Virus record (IMG/VR): IMGVR_UViG_3300010158_000027
Coordinates: 1-64,000 of that record
Length of the DNA stretch: 64,000 nt
Direction: 5' to 3' (one strand)
Part shown: positions 39,024 to 50,700 of the stretch, one piece after another
Layout of the letters: the number at the start of each line of letters is the position of its first letter
Position numbering within the stretch: the stretch's first letter is position 1
Position numbers and translations under genes: made by a program
The notes under the pieces: model-generated
Told to the model about the DNA's origin: nothing
The model's database searches: none
The model's input: the letters and a program-made list of their open reading frames with translations, nothing else

Positions 39024-40535
39024 ATGGCGATAATATATACAAAAACCGATCAAGGATTAATAGTTACAACAGGAACAGGAGCACCAACTCACACAGCTGT
39101 TGCTGGAGATAGATACACTAACACTTCAAATGGTAATACGTATCAATACACTACTGGATGGAATTTAATGGCATTAAGTGGCGACTTTACCGGTGGAACC
39201 GTAAGTGGTGCTACTAATTTTACAAATGGATTAACAGCAACAACAATATCAGCAACAACAATATCGGGTACAACATTTTATGGTAGTGGAATAAACTTAA
39301 CAGGTGTGGTTAAAGGTTCAGGAACAACAAATTATTTACCAAAATGGACGGGAACAACAGGTTTGGGTAATAGTCAAATTTATGATGATGGAACTAATGT
39401 TGGTATCGGTATAGGACCTCAATCAGGTTATAAATTATATGTTCAAGGTAGAATATATGGTGTTGGTAGTATTGGTACTTATGGTGTTTATGGTCAGAAT
39501 ATCGGAGATAATACGGGAACTTATGTTGGTGTTTATGGTGAAGGCACTTCAGTTGAGCCATACGTTGATTCAATATATGTTGGAGGTAAATTTCTCGCTA
39601 ATGGTAGTTCGTATAATTTAAACTACGCGGCTTGGTTACAAGACGGAACTGAAGGTATAAATAAAGTTTTAATATCAGCAACGGCTGACGGTAAATCCAA
39701 TTGGAGTTCAAATTTAACAGGATTAACATCAGTGTCGGCAACAACAATAAATGCAACTAATTTATATGTTACTGGGGGAACACAATCAATTTTTTCAGGT
39801 AATAGTTCCGTAGAATTAGTTAGAATAACGCAGACAGGATCGGGAGACGCATTTGTTGTTGAAGACAGCACCAATGTTGATGCATCACATTTCGTGATAA
39901 ATGCTAGTGGTAACACAGCTATCGGTTTAACTCAACCAATAGGTAATGATAAATTAACGGTATCTGGAAACACAACAGTATATGGGACAGTAAGTGCGAC
40001 CACATATGATGGTGGTAGAATAAATAATGGTAAACTTATAGCCATAACCGAATTAACGGCTTCAACACTTGCGACACATACTGTAGCCAGTTCAACAGTG
40101 TTTACCGCAATTAATTGTAATTCAGACGCCACTAATAGATATGCTAAAATAACATTTACAGCACCACCAAGTGGTATTGTTGAAATCACATTTGAAGCGG
40201 ATATTGTATTTACAAATAGTGCCGCTGTTCAAATGGTAGGTTTAAACACAACAACAGGATCAACAACTACCCCAGATAACGGTTGGTTTAGAATAAATGG
40301 CGATGCTGATGGTAGTTCAGCTACATATAGAGCTTCATTTATAATAAGTAGTTTAACTCCATCTACAATATATTCATATTATGTTATGACAGTATGTGAT
40401 TTTAGTGGTAATATAGTTAGATGTGGTAGTAGACAAACTGGGGTCTATGTTGCTAGTGCTGATAGGCCATCTCCATTAAGAATTTATGCGAGAGATTTAG
40501 GTACAACAGTTATAACAACAAATCCATCATCTTAA
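39024..40535 (+). CDS. Tail fibre/spike-like protein
   Basis: Beta-rich; SGTTNYLPKWTG and NVGIG motifs; shares a module with 43449..45338. Confidence 0.7.
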   Translation: MAIIYTKTDQGLIVTTGTGAPTHTAVAGDRYTNTSNGNTYQYTTGWNLMALSGDFTGGTVSGATNFTNGLTATTISATTISGTTFYGSGINLTGVVKGSGTTNYLPKWTGTTGLGNSQIYDDGTNVGIGIGPQSGYKLYVQGRIYGVGSIGTYGVYGQNIGDNTGTYVGVYGEGTSVEPYVDSIYVGGKFLANGSSYNLNYAAWLQDGTEGINKVLISATADGKSNWSSNLTGLTSVSATTINATNLYVTGGTQSIFSGNSSVELVRITQTGSGDAFVVEDSTNVDASHFVINASGNTAIGLTQPIGNDKLTVSGNTTVYGTVSATTYDGGRINNGKLIAITELTASTLATHTVASSTVFTAINCNSDATNRYAKITFTAPPSGIVEITFEADIVFTNSAAVQMVGLNTTTGSTTTPDNGWFRINGDADGSSATYRASFIISSLTPSTIYSYYVMTVCDFSGNIVRCGSRQTGVYVASADRPSPLRIYARDLGTTVITTNPSS

Positions 40536-40722
40536 AATTAATTCAGATTGGTAATGAGATGTAGTGTTTTTTATTGATACAATCGGAAATGTGGTTAATA
40601 CCCCTACTTAATGTTATTTGACATTCATTTAAATTTGAATCGTACACTAGATTAACTAATCCTGTTTTTCTATAATTAAATCTATTTAATTCGATTATTA
40701 GGATATTTATTAAATAAAGCTA

Positions 40723-43122
40723 ATGTCGAATAAAAGAATTTCACAGTTACCATATATAGGTGCAGATAAAATTTCGGGCAATACCTTAGTCCCTTTAGTC
40801 ACTTACTATTCAGCGACTACAGGAACTACCGTACACTCAAATCTCGGTGATGTACAATCGTTTATACTAAGCGGACAGACATTAACGGGAGGAACGTATA
40901 ACTCAACATCGGGTAATCTTACGTTAGTTAATAATAGTGGTGGAACCATAATAATTTCAGGAATAACTTCATCAGCGGGTACTAGTGGGACATCTGGTAC
41001 GTCAGGTATTAATGGTATAAATGGTACTAGCGGTATTGACGGCACTAGTGGAATATCAGGAACTAGCGGTATTGACGGAACTTCAGGGTTAAGCGGAACT
41101 AGCGGTATTGACGGAACTTCAGGGTTAAGCGGAACTAGTGGTATCGATGGAACGTCAGGTGTAAACGGTACTAGCGGCACATCAGGAACGAGCGGTATTG
41201 ATGGGACTTCAGGTGTAAGTGGAACTAGCGGAAGTAGTGGTACGTCGGGAATTAACGGAACTAGCGGGGTAAGTGGTACATCAGGTATTAACGGAACGTC
41301 AGGAACGAGTGGAATAAATGGTACTAGTGGTATTAACGGCACTAGTGGAGAGTCGGGATCATCAGGGACTAGCGGAATAAACGGTAGTTCAGGTACGTCA
41401 GGTACAAGTGGAATAATTTATATTACAAATCAAACCACAGGTTCGGTGACGTATTACACAACATTGGAACTTGCGAGAGATGGATCTGTTTCTGGAGATA
41501 CTATATATGTAAATACTGGAACATATATAGTAACTACAACCGCAGCTAACGGATTAAGTAAAAGTGGAGTGAATTGGTATTTTCAACCAGGTACGGTAGT
41601 GTCTAAAGTAACATCAGGTCACATATTTAGTGATAATGGTTTTGCTCTTAATGCGAATGTGTATGGAAATGGAACTTTTACTAAATCAACAACCACAGGT
41701 AATATATTTTATAATACATTATCAAACGCAATATTTGAAGCAAAATCAGTTACATCAAGTATAGATGATTGTTTTTTAACAACAACAGCTTCAAATTTAT
41801 ATTTCAATGTTAAATTTGCCGTATCAAGTGGTGGTAGAGTTTTACATATAGCCGGTTATTCAACAAGTCTTATAAAAATTGATATGATATCTTGGAGATC
41901 CACAGCGTCTAATTGTATCGGAGGAACTACCTGGTGGTATAATACTGATGTTCAAGTAACTGGGGAATTATTAGAATCTACAACGGCACAAGCTGTGGGT
42001 AATTATAATAGTGGAGCCGTATTAAATTTAAATATTACAAAAATACTTGGAGTAACTTATGCTTTATCTTCAGGTGATGGAAGTAATGGATATCCAAATA
42101 TTATAAATTGTGCTTATTGTACAGGTATATCAGATATTGGTAAAAATTATATCCTTAATGGTCAATTTGGGGTATTAAATTATGTTGGTAGTAATGGTGC
42201 CTTTGTTAATGGTGGAAGATTTGCAACAATTACTTTAACAGGTGGTGGACATGTAATTACAACTCTTGGGGCTAATTTTACACTACCTTCTACTGGTACA
42301 ATAACACAAAGTTCTGGGGTATTAGACGTAACTATTGATACTTTTCATTATGGTATTGGATTTACCATAACAGGAGGTGTTTGTAATATTAGGAATCAAT
42401 CAGTATCAAACCAATTATCAGGAGCTTTAGATAGAATAGTAAATGGTGGAACATTAAACTTATATACTAATTTTATTCATGGTGGAAATCCTGATTCTGG
42501 AGTATGGTATGCGATGAAATTACAATCAGGAACATTAAGACTATTAGCTTCAGTACAAAATAACTTTAATGTTGCATCAAGTAATTTAGCGGCACACGGA
42601 ATAGTATGGGTTGGTGGTAAATTAATTATTGATAGATCAACTATTTTTATAACAGATACCGTTGCATTACCGATACAAGCAACAACCGCTGGTTTATCTT
42701 TAAGAGTTCTTACAGGTGGATTAAGCACAAATATTACGGCGGATGGGGGAGTATTACCAGGTAAAAAAATGAAATATAAATTTACCATAAGCGCAGTTGC
42801 AGCAACAGGAATAAATATTTTAATACCAACCTCTTATAACATTTCAGAATCAAACACTGGGGTGTATAATACTAAAGCTCTTTTAGCTCAACGAATGGCT
42901 TCATTAATTAATGGTAGTCCATTTTTAAATGTTGCGGTAATTGCTACACAAGACATACCAGGAACTGATGAATACTTTTATATAGAAACATTAACCGCGG
43001 GCCCCACATTTTCATATAATACTCCTGTTAATTTTTCAGCTATTAATATTCAAAGATGGAATAGTTATACTATAACGAACATAACTGGAGGATCAATTTT
43101 AGAAAACTCAAACGTAGAATAA
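40723..43122 (+). CDS. Fibre protein with GTS collagen-like stalk and beta-helix-like C-terminal domain
   Basis: [10 protein letters not shown] start; GTS block; [11 protein letters not shown] beta-helix cap motif. Confidence 0.75.
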   Translation: MSNKRISQLPYIGADKISGNTLVPLVTYYSATTGTTVHSNLGDVQSFILSGQTLTGGTYNSTSGNLTLVNNSGGTIIISGITSSAGTSGTSGTSGINGINGTSGIDGTSGISGTSGIDGTSGLSGTSGIDGTSGLSGTSGIDGTSGVNGTSGTSGTSGIDGTSGVSGTSGSSGTSGINGTSGVSGTSGINGTSGTSGINGTSGINGTSGESGSSGTSGINGSSGTSGTSGIIYITNQTTGSVTYYTTLELARDGSVSGDTIYVNTGTYIVTTTAANGLSKSGVNWYFQPGTVVSKVTSGHIFSDNGFALNANVYGNGTFTKSTTTGNIFYNTLSNAIFEAKSVTSSIDDCFLTTTASNLYFNVKFAVSSGGRVLHIAGYSTSLIKIDMISWRSTASNCIGGTTWWYNTDVQVTGELLESTTAQAVGNYNSGAVLNLNITKILGVTYALSSGDGSNGYPNIINCAYCTGISDIGKNYILNGQFGVLNYVGSNGAFVNGGRFATITLTGGGHVITTLGANFTLPSTGTITQSSGVLDVTIDTFHYGIGFTITGGVCNIRNQSVSNQLSGALDRIVNGGTLNLYTNFIHGGNPDSGVWYAMKLQSGTLRLLASVQNNFNVASSNLAAHGIVWVGGKLIIDRSTIFITDTVALPIQATTAGLSLRVLTGGLSTNITADGGVLPGKKMKYKFTISAVAATGINILIPTSYNISESNTGVYNTKALLAQRMASLINGSPFLNVAVIATQDIPGTDEYFYIETLTAGPTFSYNTPVNFSAINIQRWNSYTITNITGGSILENSNVE

Positions 43123-43123
43123 G

Positions 43124-43459
43124 ATGGAATTACAAAACATAGTAGTAGACTTTAAAGAAATCACAACAACCACAATGTATAAAGACGTACATTATGATGT
43201 GGATGTTATGTCGGAGATTGAACCCGTTAAAATTGAGTTTGAGATTGCTTATGGTATCACATTCGATAGAGCAATAATACAATTAACTGAGGATCAACAT
43301 TTATGTGAACCAAGAATACTTTGTCAAAAAGAAGATGAACAAACGATTATAACTATTGTAGATATAAGAGATAATCATCCATCACTTATGTTGGAATTAG
43401 ATAAAATAAAATTATTAATTGAAGAACAATTACTTAATAATACGAATAATGGCGATTAG
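43124..43459 (+). CDS. Small acidic protein after fibre (chaperone candidate)
   Basis: Position and size only. Confidence 0.6.
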   Translation: MELQNIVVDFKEITTTTMYKDVHYDVDVMSEIEPVKIEFEIAYGITFDRAIIQLTEDQHLCEPRILCQKEDEQTIITIVDIRDNHPSLMLELDKIKLLIEEQLLNNTNNGD

Positions 43460-45338
43460 AGATAAGATAATAAGTGGGGGTAATGGTATAAATTTTACTA
43501 AGGAGACGGATTCTAGTACTGACTGGACTGGAATTACCAATAACACATATTTTAGAGATGTTGCGGACGGATTAATACATTATAAAAATTCGTCTGGATC
43601 AATATTAGAAATATATAATCTAAGTACTTCGGGGACTAGTGGAACATCAGGTACTTCCGGAATAAATGGTATTAACGGAACGTCAGGAACGAGTGGTGTA
43701 AATGGTTTAAACGGAACTAGCGGAACATCGGGTATAAATGGGACGTCTGGAACAAGCGGTATAAATGGGACGTCAGGAATCAACGGTACAATCGGTTTAA
43801 GTGGAACATCAGGAACAAGTGGTACCAATGGGTTAAACGGCACATCTGGAACGAGCGGATCATCAGGGACTAGTGGAATTAATGGAACATCAGGTACTAG
43901 CGGTAGAAATGGGACATCTGGTATAGATGGAACGTCTGGTACGTCAGGTAGAAATGGTACTTCAGGGACTAGCGGGATATCACCAACAGTATCAGGGTCT
44001 AATGACCAAATACTGACTTCAAATGGTGCTGGTGGAATTATTGCCGAATCTCTTTTAACATTTGACGGTACAAAATTAAGCGTATTGTATCAAGCCGGTG
44101 ATGAAGGTGGTGAAATATTATTAAATAAACCTGAAACCAACACTACCATTTCAGGTACAGGGGTTACTTTTGATGTATGGCAAAATAGAATTAGGTTTTT
44201 TGAACAAGGTGGAACGGCAAGAGGTGCGTATATTGATATAACTGAATGTGCTGCCGGTGTCGGTACAAACCTTTTAACTGGTGGGTCAACTTCATCAGGA
44301 ACCAGTGGCACATCGGGTAGAAATGGTACATCTGGTATTAACGGAACTAGCGGGACATCCGGAACAAGTGGTGTTAATGGTAGTAGTGGAACTAGTGGAG
44401 TTAATGGTACTTCAGGAATAAACGGCACTAGTGGTACGTCAGGTAGAAATGGAACATCAGGAATTGATGGTACGTCGGGTACAAGTGGTATTAACGGTAC
44501 ATCAGGAACTAGTGGTGTTAACGGCACATCTGGTACTTCAGGAATCAATGGACAAAATGGAACATCTGGAACATCTGGAACATCTGGAACTTCAGGAACG
44601 AGCGGTATAGCACTTATATTAAATAATACCAACAATTACGTTTTAACCGCGACAGGTACTTCAGGGGTTATAAATGGTGAATCTAACTTAACTTTTGATG
44701 GTACAACTGCAATTATAACAGGAAATCTAAATGTATCCGGAGGTACACAATCTATCTTCTCTGGAAATAGTACTTTAGAGTTAGTTAAGATAATTCAAAC
44801 GGGAACAGGGGATGCACTTGTTGTTGAGGATTCATCAAATGGTGACACTTCACATTTCGTTATCGACGCTAGTGGTAATACGTCAATAGGAACATCTACA
44901 ACGGGAAGAAAGTTAACAGTGTCTGGAGATTCAACATTCATTCATAATCCATTAACTCTTTTAACCGCATCAGTTACCGCATATGGGGATATAGTAACTT
45001 TTGGTAGTGGGTCATTAACTGCGGGTAGTTTATATTACCTAGGTAGTGGAGGATCATGGACAGCTGCAGATGCCAGTTCAAGTACATCATCAACTGGGTT
45101 ATTAGGTATCGCTTTAGGTACAACCGCTTCATCAGGGTTATTAATAAAGGGGTACGCCAGATCCACCACATACTCAGCAACAACAGGTCAGATATTATAC
45201 GTATCAACAACCGCCGGTTCAATCACTCCAACCGCGCCATCAGCCGCTACCGAAATAATTAGAATAATTGGGTATCAGTTATCCACAAATGATGATGTCA
45301 TATACTTTACCCCTTCAAATGATTGGATAGAATTATAA
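43449..45338 (+). CDS. Fibre protein with two GTS collagen-like blocks
   Basis: GTS blocks at about 43623-43980 and 44290-44607. Confidence 0.75.
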   Translation: MAIRDKIISGGNGINFTKETDSSTDWTGITNNTYFRDVADGLIHYKNSSGSILEIYNLSTSGTSGTSGTSGINGINGTSGTSGVNGLNGTSGTSGINGTSGTSGINGTSGINGTIGLSGTSGTSGTNGLNGTSGTSGSSGTSGINGTSGTSGRNGTSGIDGTSGTSGRNGTSGTSGISPTVSGSNDQILTSNGAGGIIAESLLTFDGTKLSVLYQAGDEGGEILLNKPETNTTISGTGVTFDVWQNRIRFFEQGGTARGAYIDITECAAGVGTNLLTGGSTSSGTSGTSGRNGTSGINGTSGTSGTSGVNGSSGTSGVNGTSGINGTSGTSGRNGTSGIDGTSGTSGINGTSGTSGVNGTSGTSGINGQNGTSGTSGTSGTSGTSGIALILNNTNNYVLTATGTSGVINGESNLTFDGTTAIITGNLNVSGGTQSIFSGNSTLELVKIIQTGTGDALVVEDSSNGDTSHFVIDASGNTSIGTSTTGRKLTVSGDSTFIHNPLTLLTASVTAYGDIVTFGSGSLTAGSLYYLGSGGSWTAADASSSTSSTGLLGIALGTTASSGLLIKGYARSTTYSATTGQILYVSTTAGSITPTAPSAATEIIRIIGYQLSTNDDVIYFTPSNDWIEL

Positions 45339-45344
45339 TATATT

Positions 45345-45854
45345 ATGGGATATTTAAGAAAAAAAAATGGTGTAAGTGTTTATGGACCTAGTCAGATTTT
45401 AATTAATAGTGGCGGAACCCTAAACGTTTCTGTTAGTAACGTAGAAAAGGTGCTAACATCATTAACCGTTCCGGCAAATACTTTCGTAACTGGTGATTCC
45501 ATAAACATTATTAGTAGGATAGTTAAAACGACGACTAACGGAATAACGGAGATAAGAATGAGAATAGGTACTACAGGTACGATTTCAGATACATTGGTTG
45601 GTTCGTATAGCGCAACATCGGCGACTCATACGATAATACCAATTTTTAGAACGATAAGTTACTATAGTGGAACGACTAATTATTTAATGGATCCAACAGA
45701 TAACTTGGCATCCATTGACGTGACGAGCGACAGTACTATTAGCTCAATAACTATAGATTGGACTACGAATCAAATTATCACAATAAGTGGTATAAACGCA
45801 ATATCTGGTACCGATAGTATGAATGGTATGTTTATAAAAACAAAGGTGATATGA
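45345..45854 (+). CDS. About 170-aa beta-rich paralogue 1
   Basis: SIDWTTNQIITISG C-terminal motif. Confidence 0.75.
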   Translation: MGYLRKKNGVSVYGPSQILINSGGTLNVSVSNVEKVLTSLTVPANTFVTGDSINIISRIVKTTTNGITEIRMRIGTTGTISDTLVGSYSATSATHTIIPIFRTISYYSGTTNYLMDPTDNLASIDVTSDSTISSITIDWTTNQIITISGINAISGTDSMNGMFIKTKVI

Positions 45855-46369
45855 TAAACAAATTAAACGGAATTAAATTTGGTGTTGAAAGTAAAACACT
45901 ATCAAGTGTATCGGTATCCGGAACTACTACCACACTAATAGATAGTACTTATATACCTGCAAATACTTTAATTCCTAGATATGCCGACGTCGCAATTGTT
46001 AAGTTCATGTCTTCAATAACTATTACTTTAGGTACCCCTGATTTTACGTACTACCTGTATTGGAATACGTCATCAAGTTTAACAGGGGCAATCCAATTAG
46101 GTACATTTACAACCGCAGCGAGTAGTAACGGAGTTTCATTTTTAAGGCATTTTTATCTTAAATATGACCCACCAAGTTTAAATGGGTTTTATGTGTTTGA
46201 TCCCACAGTATCGTTAATTTATGATTACGGAGACATAACCTCCGGACTTTTAACTGCAGTCACTGGAATTGACTTTACAATCGATGGGTATTTAATATAT
46301 GCAGCAAATAAAAATCTTAGTAAGTCTACAGCATACACCACAGGATCCCAATTTAATGTTAACATATGA
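45851..46369 (+). CDS. About 170-aa beta-rich paralogue 2
   Basis: GIDFTIDGYLIYAA motif. Confidence 0.75.
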   Translation: MINKLNGIKFGVESKTLSSVSVSGTTTTLIDSTYIPANTLIPRYADVAIVKFMSSITITLGTPDFTYYLYWNTSSSLTGAIQLGTFTTAASSNGVSFLRHFYLKYDPPSLNGFYVFDPTVSLIYDYGDITSGLLTAVTGIDFTIDGYLIYAANKNLSKSTAYTTGSQFNVNI

Positions 46370-46875
46370 TAAGATACGGAAACAACATACCAATTAATTT
46401 CACAACTAACGGTGTTAATCGTGCGTCAGGAACGACAACGGAAACCGTTTTATGTAGTGTTTCGATTTCTGGTGGTTCCTTTAAGTCAGGTGATGTTGTT
46501 TTTATTGAAGGTATGTTTGATAGTAAAACGACATTGGGTGTAACCACAAAAATATACGTAAATACGGGATCAACGATTACTGCGGCAACCCAAATTATGT
46601 CTAGGGCAATAAGTGCTGGTGATACATGGCAAATACAAGAAAGGGTTTTACATATTGTTAGAGGTGATGGGTCAATGACAGGAACTACCCCCGATAGAGG
46701 GACAATATTTGCCGCGTCAGGTACCGCCAATTTTACCGATTTTAGATCAACAACTAATAGTATAGCATCGATTGATTGGACTACCGATAAAGTAATATTT
46801 TTTACAGGAAAGCTGAATTCGGCAGCTGCAGGTAATTATATTGATCAATATTTTATGAAAGTATGGACATATTAG
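46366..46875 (+). CDS. About 170-aa beta-rich paralogue 3
   Basis: SIDWTTDKVIFFTG motif. Confidence 0.75.
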   Translation: MIRYGNNIPINFTTNGVNRASGTTTETVLCSVSISGGSFKSGDVVFIEGMFDSKTTLGVTTKIYVNTGSTITAATQIMSRAISAGDTWQIQERVLHIVRGDGSMTGTTPDRGTIFAASGTANFTDFRSTTNSIASIDWTTDKVIFFTGKLNSAAAGNYIDQYFMKVWTY

Positions 46876-47090
46876 CTATATCTAAAATTAAAAATGGGTT
46901 ATCATGGAATAATCAGGATAAATTTTTTACAACTAATTTTTATTCAGACGGTTACACCATTCCAGATATTATCCACATAGTATTGGAATTAAATCAAACA
47001 ATATATTGGTTTAATTGCCAAGAAATAACAATCGATGGATTAAGATTTAATGACCCAATAGAAGTTAGAAACTATTTATTTGTACCGTGA
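46863..47090 (+). CDS. Small hypothetical protein
   Basis: ORF coupled to its neighbours. Confidence 0.6.
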   Translation: MDILAISKIKNGLSWNNQDKFFTTNFYSDGYTIPDIIHIVLELNQTIYWFNCQEITIDGLRFNDPIEVRNYLFVP

Positions 47091-47695
47091 GATACTTTAA
47101 AAATATAAAAGACATATACCCAAAATACGATAAGTTTGGTGACTATTTTATTTTAACAAAAAAAATAGAAAGGGGTATTGGTAATGAAAATTTTGATTCG
47201 GAGTTTGAATTAAGTTATTCCGGATTAGTTGAAGACACAACTTACGAAACCAATAAAGAGTTCATCGCACTATTAAATAAAAACGGAGACTTGGTAATGT
47301 CGAATTCGAATTCAATGTTGAGACATTACAAACCATATTTAGATTCATCAAATGGTGAAGTTTTAATATCAGGATTAGGTTTAGGGTTATCACTATTACC
47401 CCTATTAGAGGATAGTGCCGTAACTAAAATCGACATTATAGAAATGGATATGGATATAATAGAATATGTTTACATTAATAGATTAAAAAAGTTAGACATT
47501 AATAATAAAATTAATATTATCAACCACGACATTTTTACATTCGAAACGACAAACACCTACGATTATATTTTATTAGATACGTGGTCGTCCCCAGATGAAA
47601 CATCAATATCGGAAGCGAACACATTAAAACTTAAGTTCACATCAAATTTAAAAAGTGGTGGATCAATTGATGTTCCTATTTTAGATTTTAATTAA
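47087..47695 (+). CDS. Class I SAM-dependent methyltransferase (spermidine-synthase-like fold)
   Basis: VLISGLGLG motif I, IDIIEMD, IINHDIF, YDYILLD. Confidence 0.75.
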   Translation: MRYFKNIKDIYPKYDKFGDYFILTKKIERGIGNENFDSEFELSYSGLVEDTTYETNKEFIALLNKNGDLVMSNSNSMLRHYKPYLDSSNGEVLISGLGLGLSLLPLLEDSAVTKIDIIEMDMDIIEYVYINRLKKLDINNKINIINHDIFTFETTNTYDYILLDTWSSPDETSISEANTLKLKFTSNLKSGGSIDVPILDFN

Positions 47696-47728
47696 TTACT
47701 TTTCATAAAAAACTAAATACATTTATTC

Positions 47729-50700
47729 ATGTTAAAAGATGAAAAGTGTTATGTTTATTACGCAACTGAAAAGTATTTTGAAATCGCAAAAAAATCCATT
47801 GAATCAATTCGTAAATATTCTGATTTACCCATATACCTTTATTTATTAAACTCCGATTTAAAGTTGGAGATTGATAATACGTTCACAATAAAATGGGAAT
47901 GTGATGTTGATTTTGATTCGGATATGTTCGAGTCGTTTGAAAACAAAAATTTCTACATTAATAGGAGAAATAAAAATATCTATAAAATTTTAATACAACG
48001 TCCATTAATTGTTAAACATTGTTTAGAGAATTATTCGAAGGTGGTTTGTTATGTTGACTCGGATTCCATATCCACCCCCTATGTTGATAATATATTTGAC
48101 TTTTATAACAAGGATTCAAACCACCCCTATTTTACTCAAGGAGTTTATGATTATTTAAATTTTTATGGTAGAGGTGGAATCCCAATCGATGAAAACAGTA
48201 CAAACACATTAGAGTACCCACTATGTGAGTTATTAAACACCAATCAAAAAAATAGAATCACATATAGACAAACGGGATATTTCGTTTCAAATGAAAAGTG
48301 CATTGATTTTTTAAATGAATGGTCGGAAGTCTGTAATCACCCGAAGGTTTTGGAGAACCCAGAACACTACGCTCCCTATCATGAAGAAACTGTTATGAAT
48401 GTACTTTTATGGAAATATAACTATCAGGATGGTTTACCCTATATGTATGTTAATGGTTCATTAGAAAGAGTGGATGAAATATATAATACCATTAAATTTA
48501 ATGGTGAGGATAATTTGGTATCCGAGTTATATAAAATACCAAAAAATAAAGAAACCTTATTATTTTTTCACGGAGAAAAAAGAGTGGAGGTTATGGAACA
48601 GATGATTCGGAGTATTGAAAAAAATTATAAAATGAAACTCCTATTTTTGGCTCCACATTTATCCACAGGTGGTATGCCGTCATTTCTTTTAAAAAGAATT
48701 CAGGAACTTATTAAATATAATAAAGACATTGAAATTTTTGTTATTGAATATTCATATTATGGTCCATCGTACGTTGTCCAAAGAAACCAAATTATAGATA
48801 TTATAGGGGATGATCATTTTTTTGAATTGGGTTCAAATAAAGATAGGGTAATTGATATAATAAAAGAAAACAATATTGATATTGTTCACATTGATGAAAA
48901 CGTTGAGATGTTAAATGAACCTATGTCAACAAATGTTTTAAACTTATTATATTCAGATGATCGAACATGGAGAATGGTGGAGACGTGTCATAATATTTGG
49001 TTTAATGCAAATCAAAATAAAATATATAACCCCGACTCTTATATATTTTGCACATCATGGCATGAGTCAAATACGTTTTCAGATTTACCCTCACCAAAAA
49101 CAACCATACAATTTCCTTTGGAGAATAAAAAACCAACATTGGATGACAGGTTGGAATCCAAAAGACAATTAAATTTTGAATCAGATAAAATCCATATAAT
49201 TAATGTTGGGCTTTGGACAAGTGGCAAAAACCAAAAAGAGGGTGTTGGGGTTGCAAAACTTTTATATGAGACAAATCCTGAAATAGTATTTCATTTCATT
49301 GGAAACCAAGCCCCCAATTTTAAAGACTATTGGGAACCCATAATGTGCGATATCCCACCAAACGTTAAGGTGTGGGGTGAAATGGATAATGTTGATTTAT
49401 TTATGCAATCTTCGGATATTTTAATGTTTAATTCAACATTAGAGTGTAATCCGCTAGTAGTTAGAGAGGCGATTTCACATGAATTAAAAATTATCACAAG
49501 AACATTACCCCAATACATGGGAATTTATGATAGGTACGTATACCCAATTGAATCCTCGAATGTTAATGAACTAAAAGATTTAATTTTAAAGGTAATTAAA
49601 TCTGAAAACAAATATAAAAATGTTATCGATGAGAATTATGAGTTTTCAAAAACTCACATCGACACATATAAACAAACATTACTTAATTCACCAATAAAAC
49701 AAAATAAAATGGAAAACAAAATTCAAATAGTGACTCATTTTGTCGAAGCCCCCTTTATTGAAATAAAAGGTCAGAGTTCGGCAGACTATAAAATTAAGGT
49801 ATATAATGAAAACGATAGTTGTATTTACGAGAATACCATAAAGGTTAACCATTGGGTAAAATTAAATAGGGGATACTACACAAAATGGCGAACTGAAATA
49901 TATGAAGATAATGAATTAATCTATAATGAAACTATAAACTTAAAAGATAAAAGGGTTTATGTATCTTTTGAAAGTAAATCATTGGGGGACACACTCTCTT
50001 GGATTCCGTATGTGGAGGAATTTAGAAAAAAACACGAATGTAAAGTTATTGTCTCCACGTTTTTAAATAATATACTCGAAAACCAATACCCAGAAATTGA
50101 GTTTGTTAACCCCAACTCGGAGGTTCACAATTTACATGCACTCTATAGAATAGGTTGGTTTTATAAACCCGACGGTAATTTTGATTCAAATAGACACCCA
50201 TATGATCCGAAATCACAACCACTTCAAAAAACCGCATCAGACATTTTAGGTTTAGAATTTAAAGAAATAAAACCAAACATAAAATACCCAAGACTTTCAA
50301 AAAAGAAAAAGGTGGGAATTGGTTTACACGGAACTGCGCAATCAAAATATTGGAACAATCCTGATGGATGGCAAGAGGTGGTGAATTACCTTACCGGAAA
50401 GGGATATGAGGTGGTTTTATACTCTAAAGAGGAAAACGGTTACATGGGGAATAAACATCCGTATGGTGTCACTAAATTTAAGGAAGGATCATTAAATAAT
50501 TTAATTTATGATATGTCAACTTGTGAGTTTTTCATAGGTATTGGGTCGGGACTTAGTTGGCTCGCTTGGTCGATAGATTTGCCCATCGTTTTAATATCGG
50601 GGTTTAGTGAAAAATGGACGGAGACTCAATCTAATACGTATCGAGTTTTAAATGATAACGTTTGTCATGGGTGTTTTAATATGTGTAGATTAAACCCTTC

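Noticed and set aside
40536-40722. Gap inside the fibre cluster
   Set aside because: Only a TATTTAT site (40704-40710) is supportable; no clear ORF or hairpin.
28110-44635. Long minus-strand Pro/Val-rich ORFs (28110..29948, 40806..41342, 43580..43843, 44090..44635)
   Set aside because: Antisense shadows of the stop-free GTS repeats (PLVPEVP is the reverse complement of GTSGTSG); no independent signals.
27907-46875. Diversity-generating retroelement acting on the fibre tips
   Set aside because: No reverse transcriptase and no TR/VR pair differing at adenines seen in the window.
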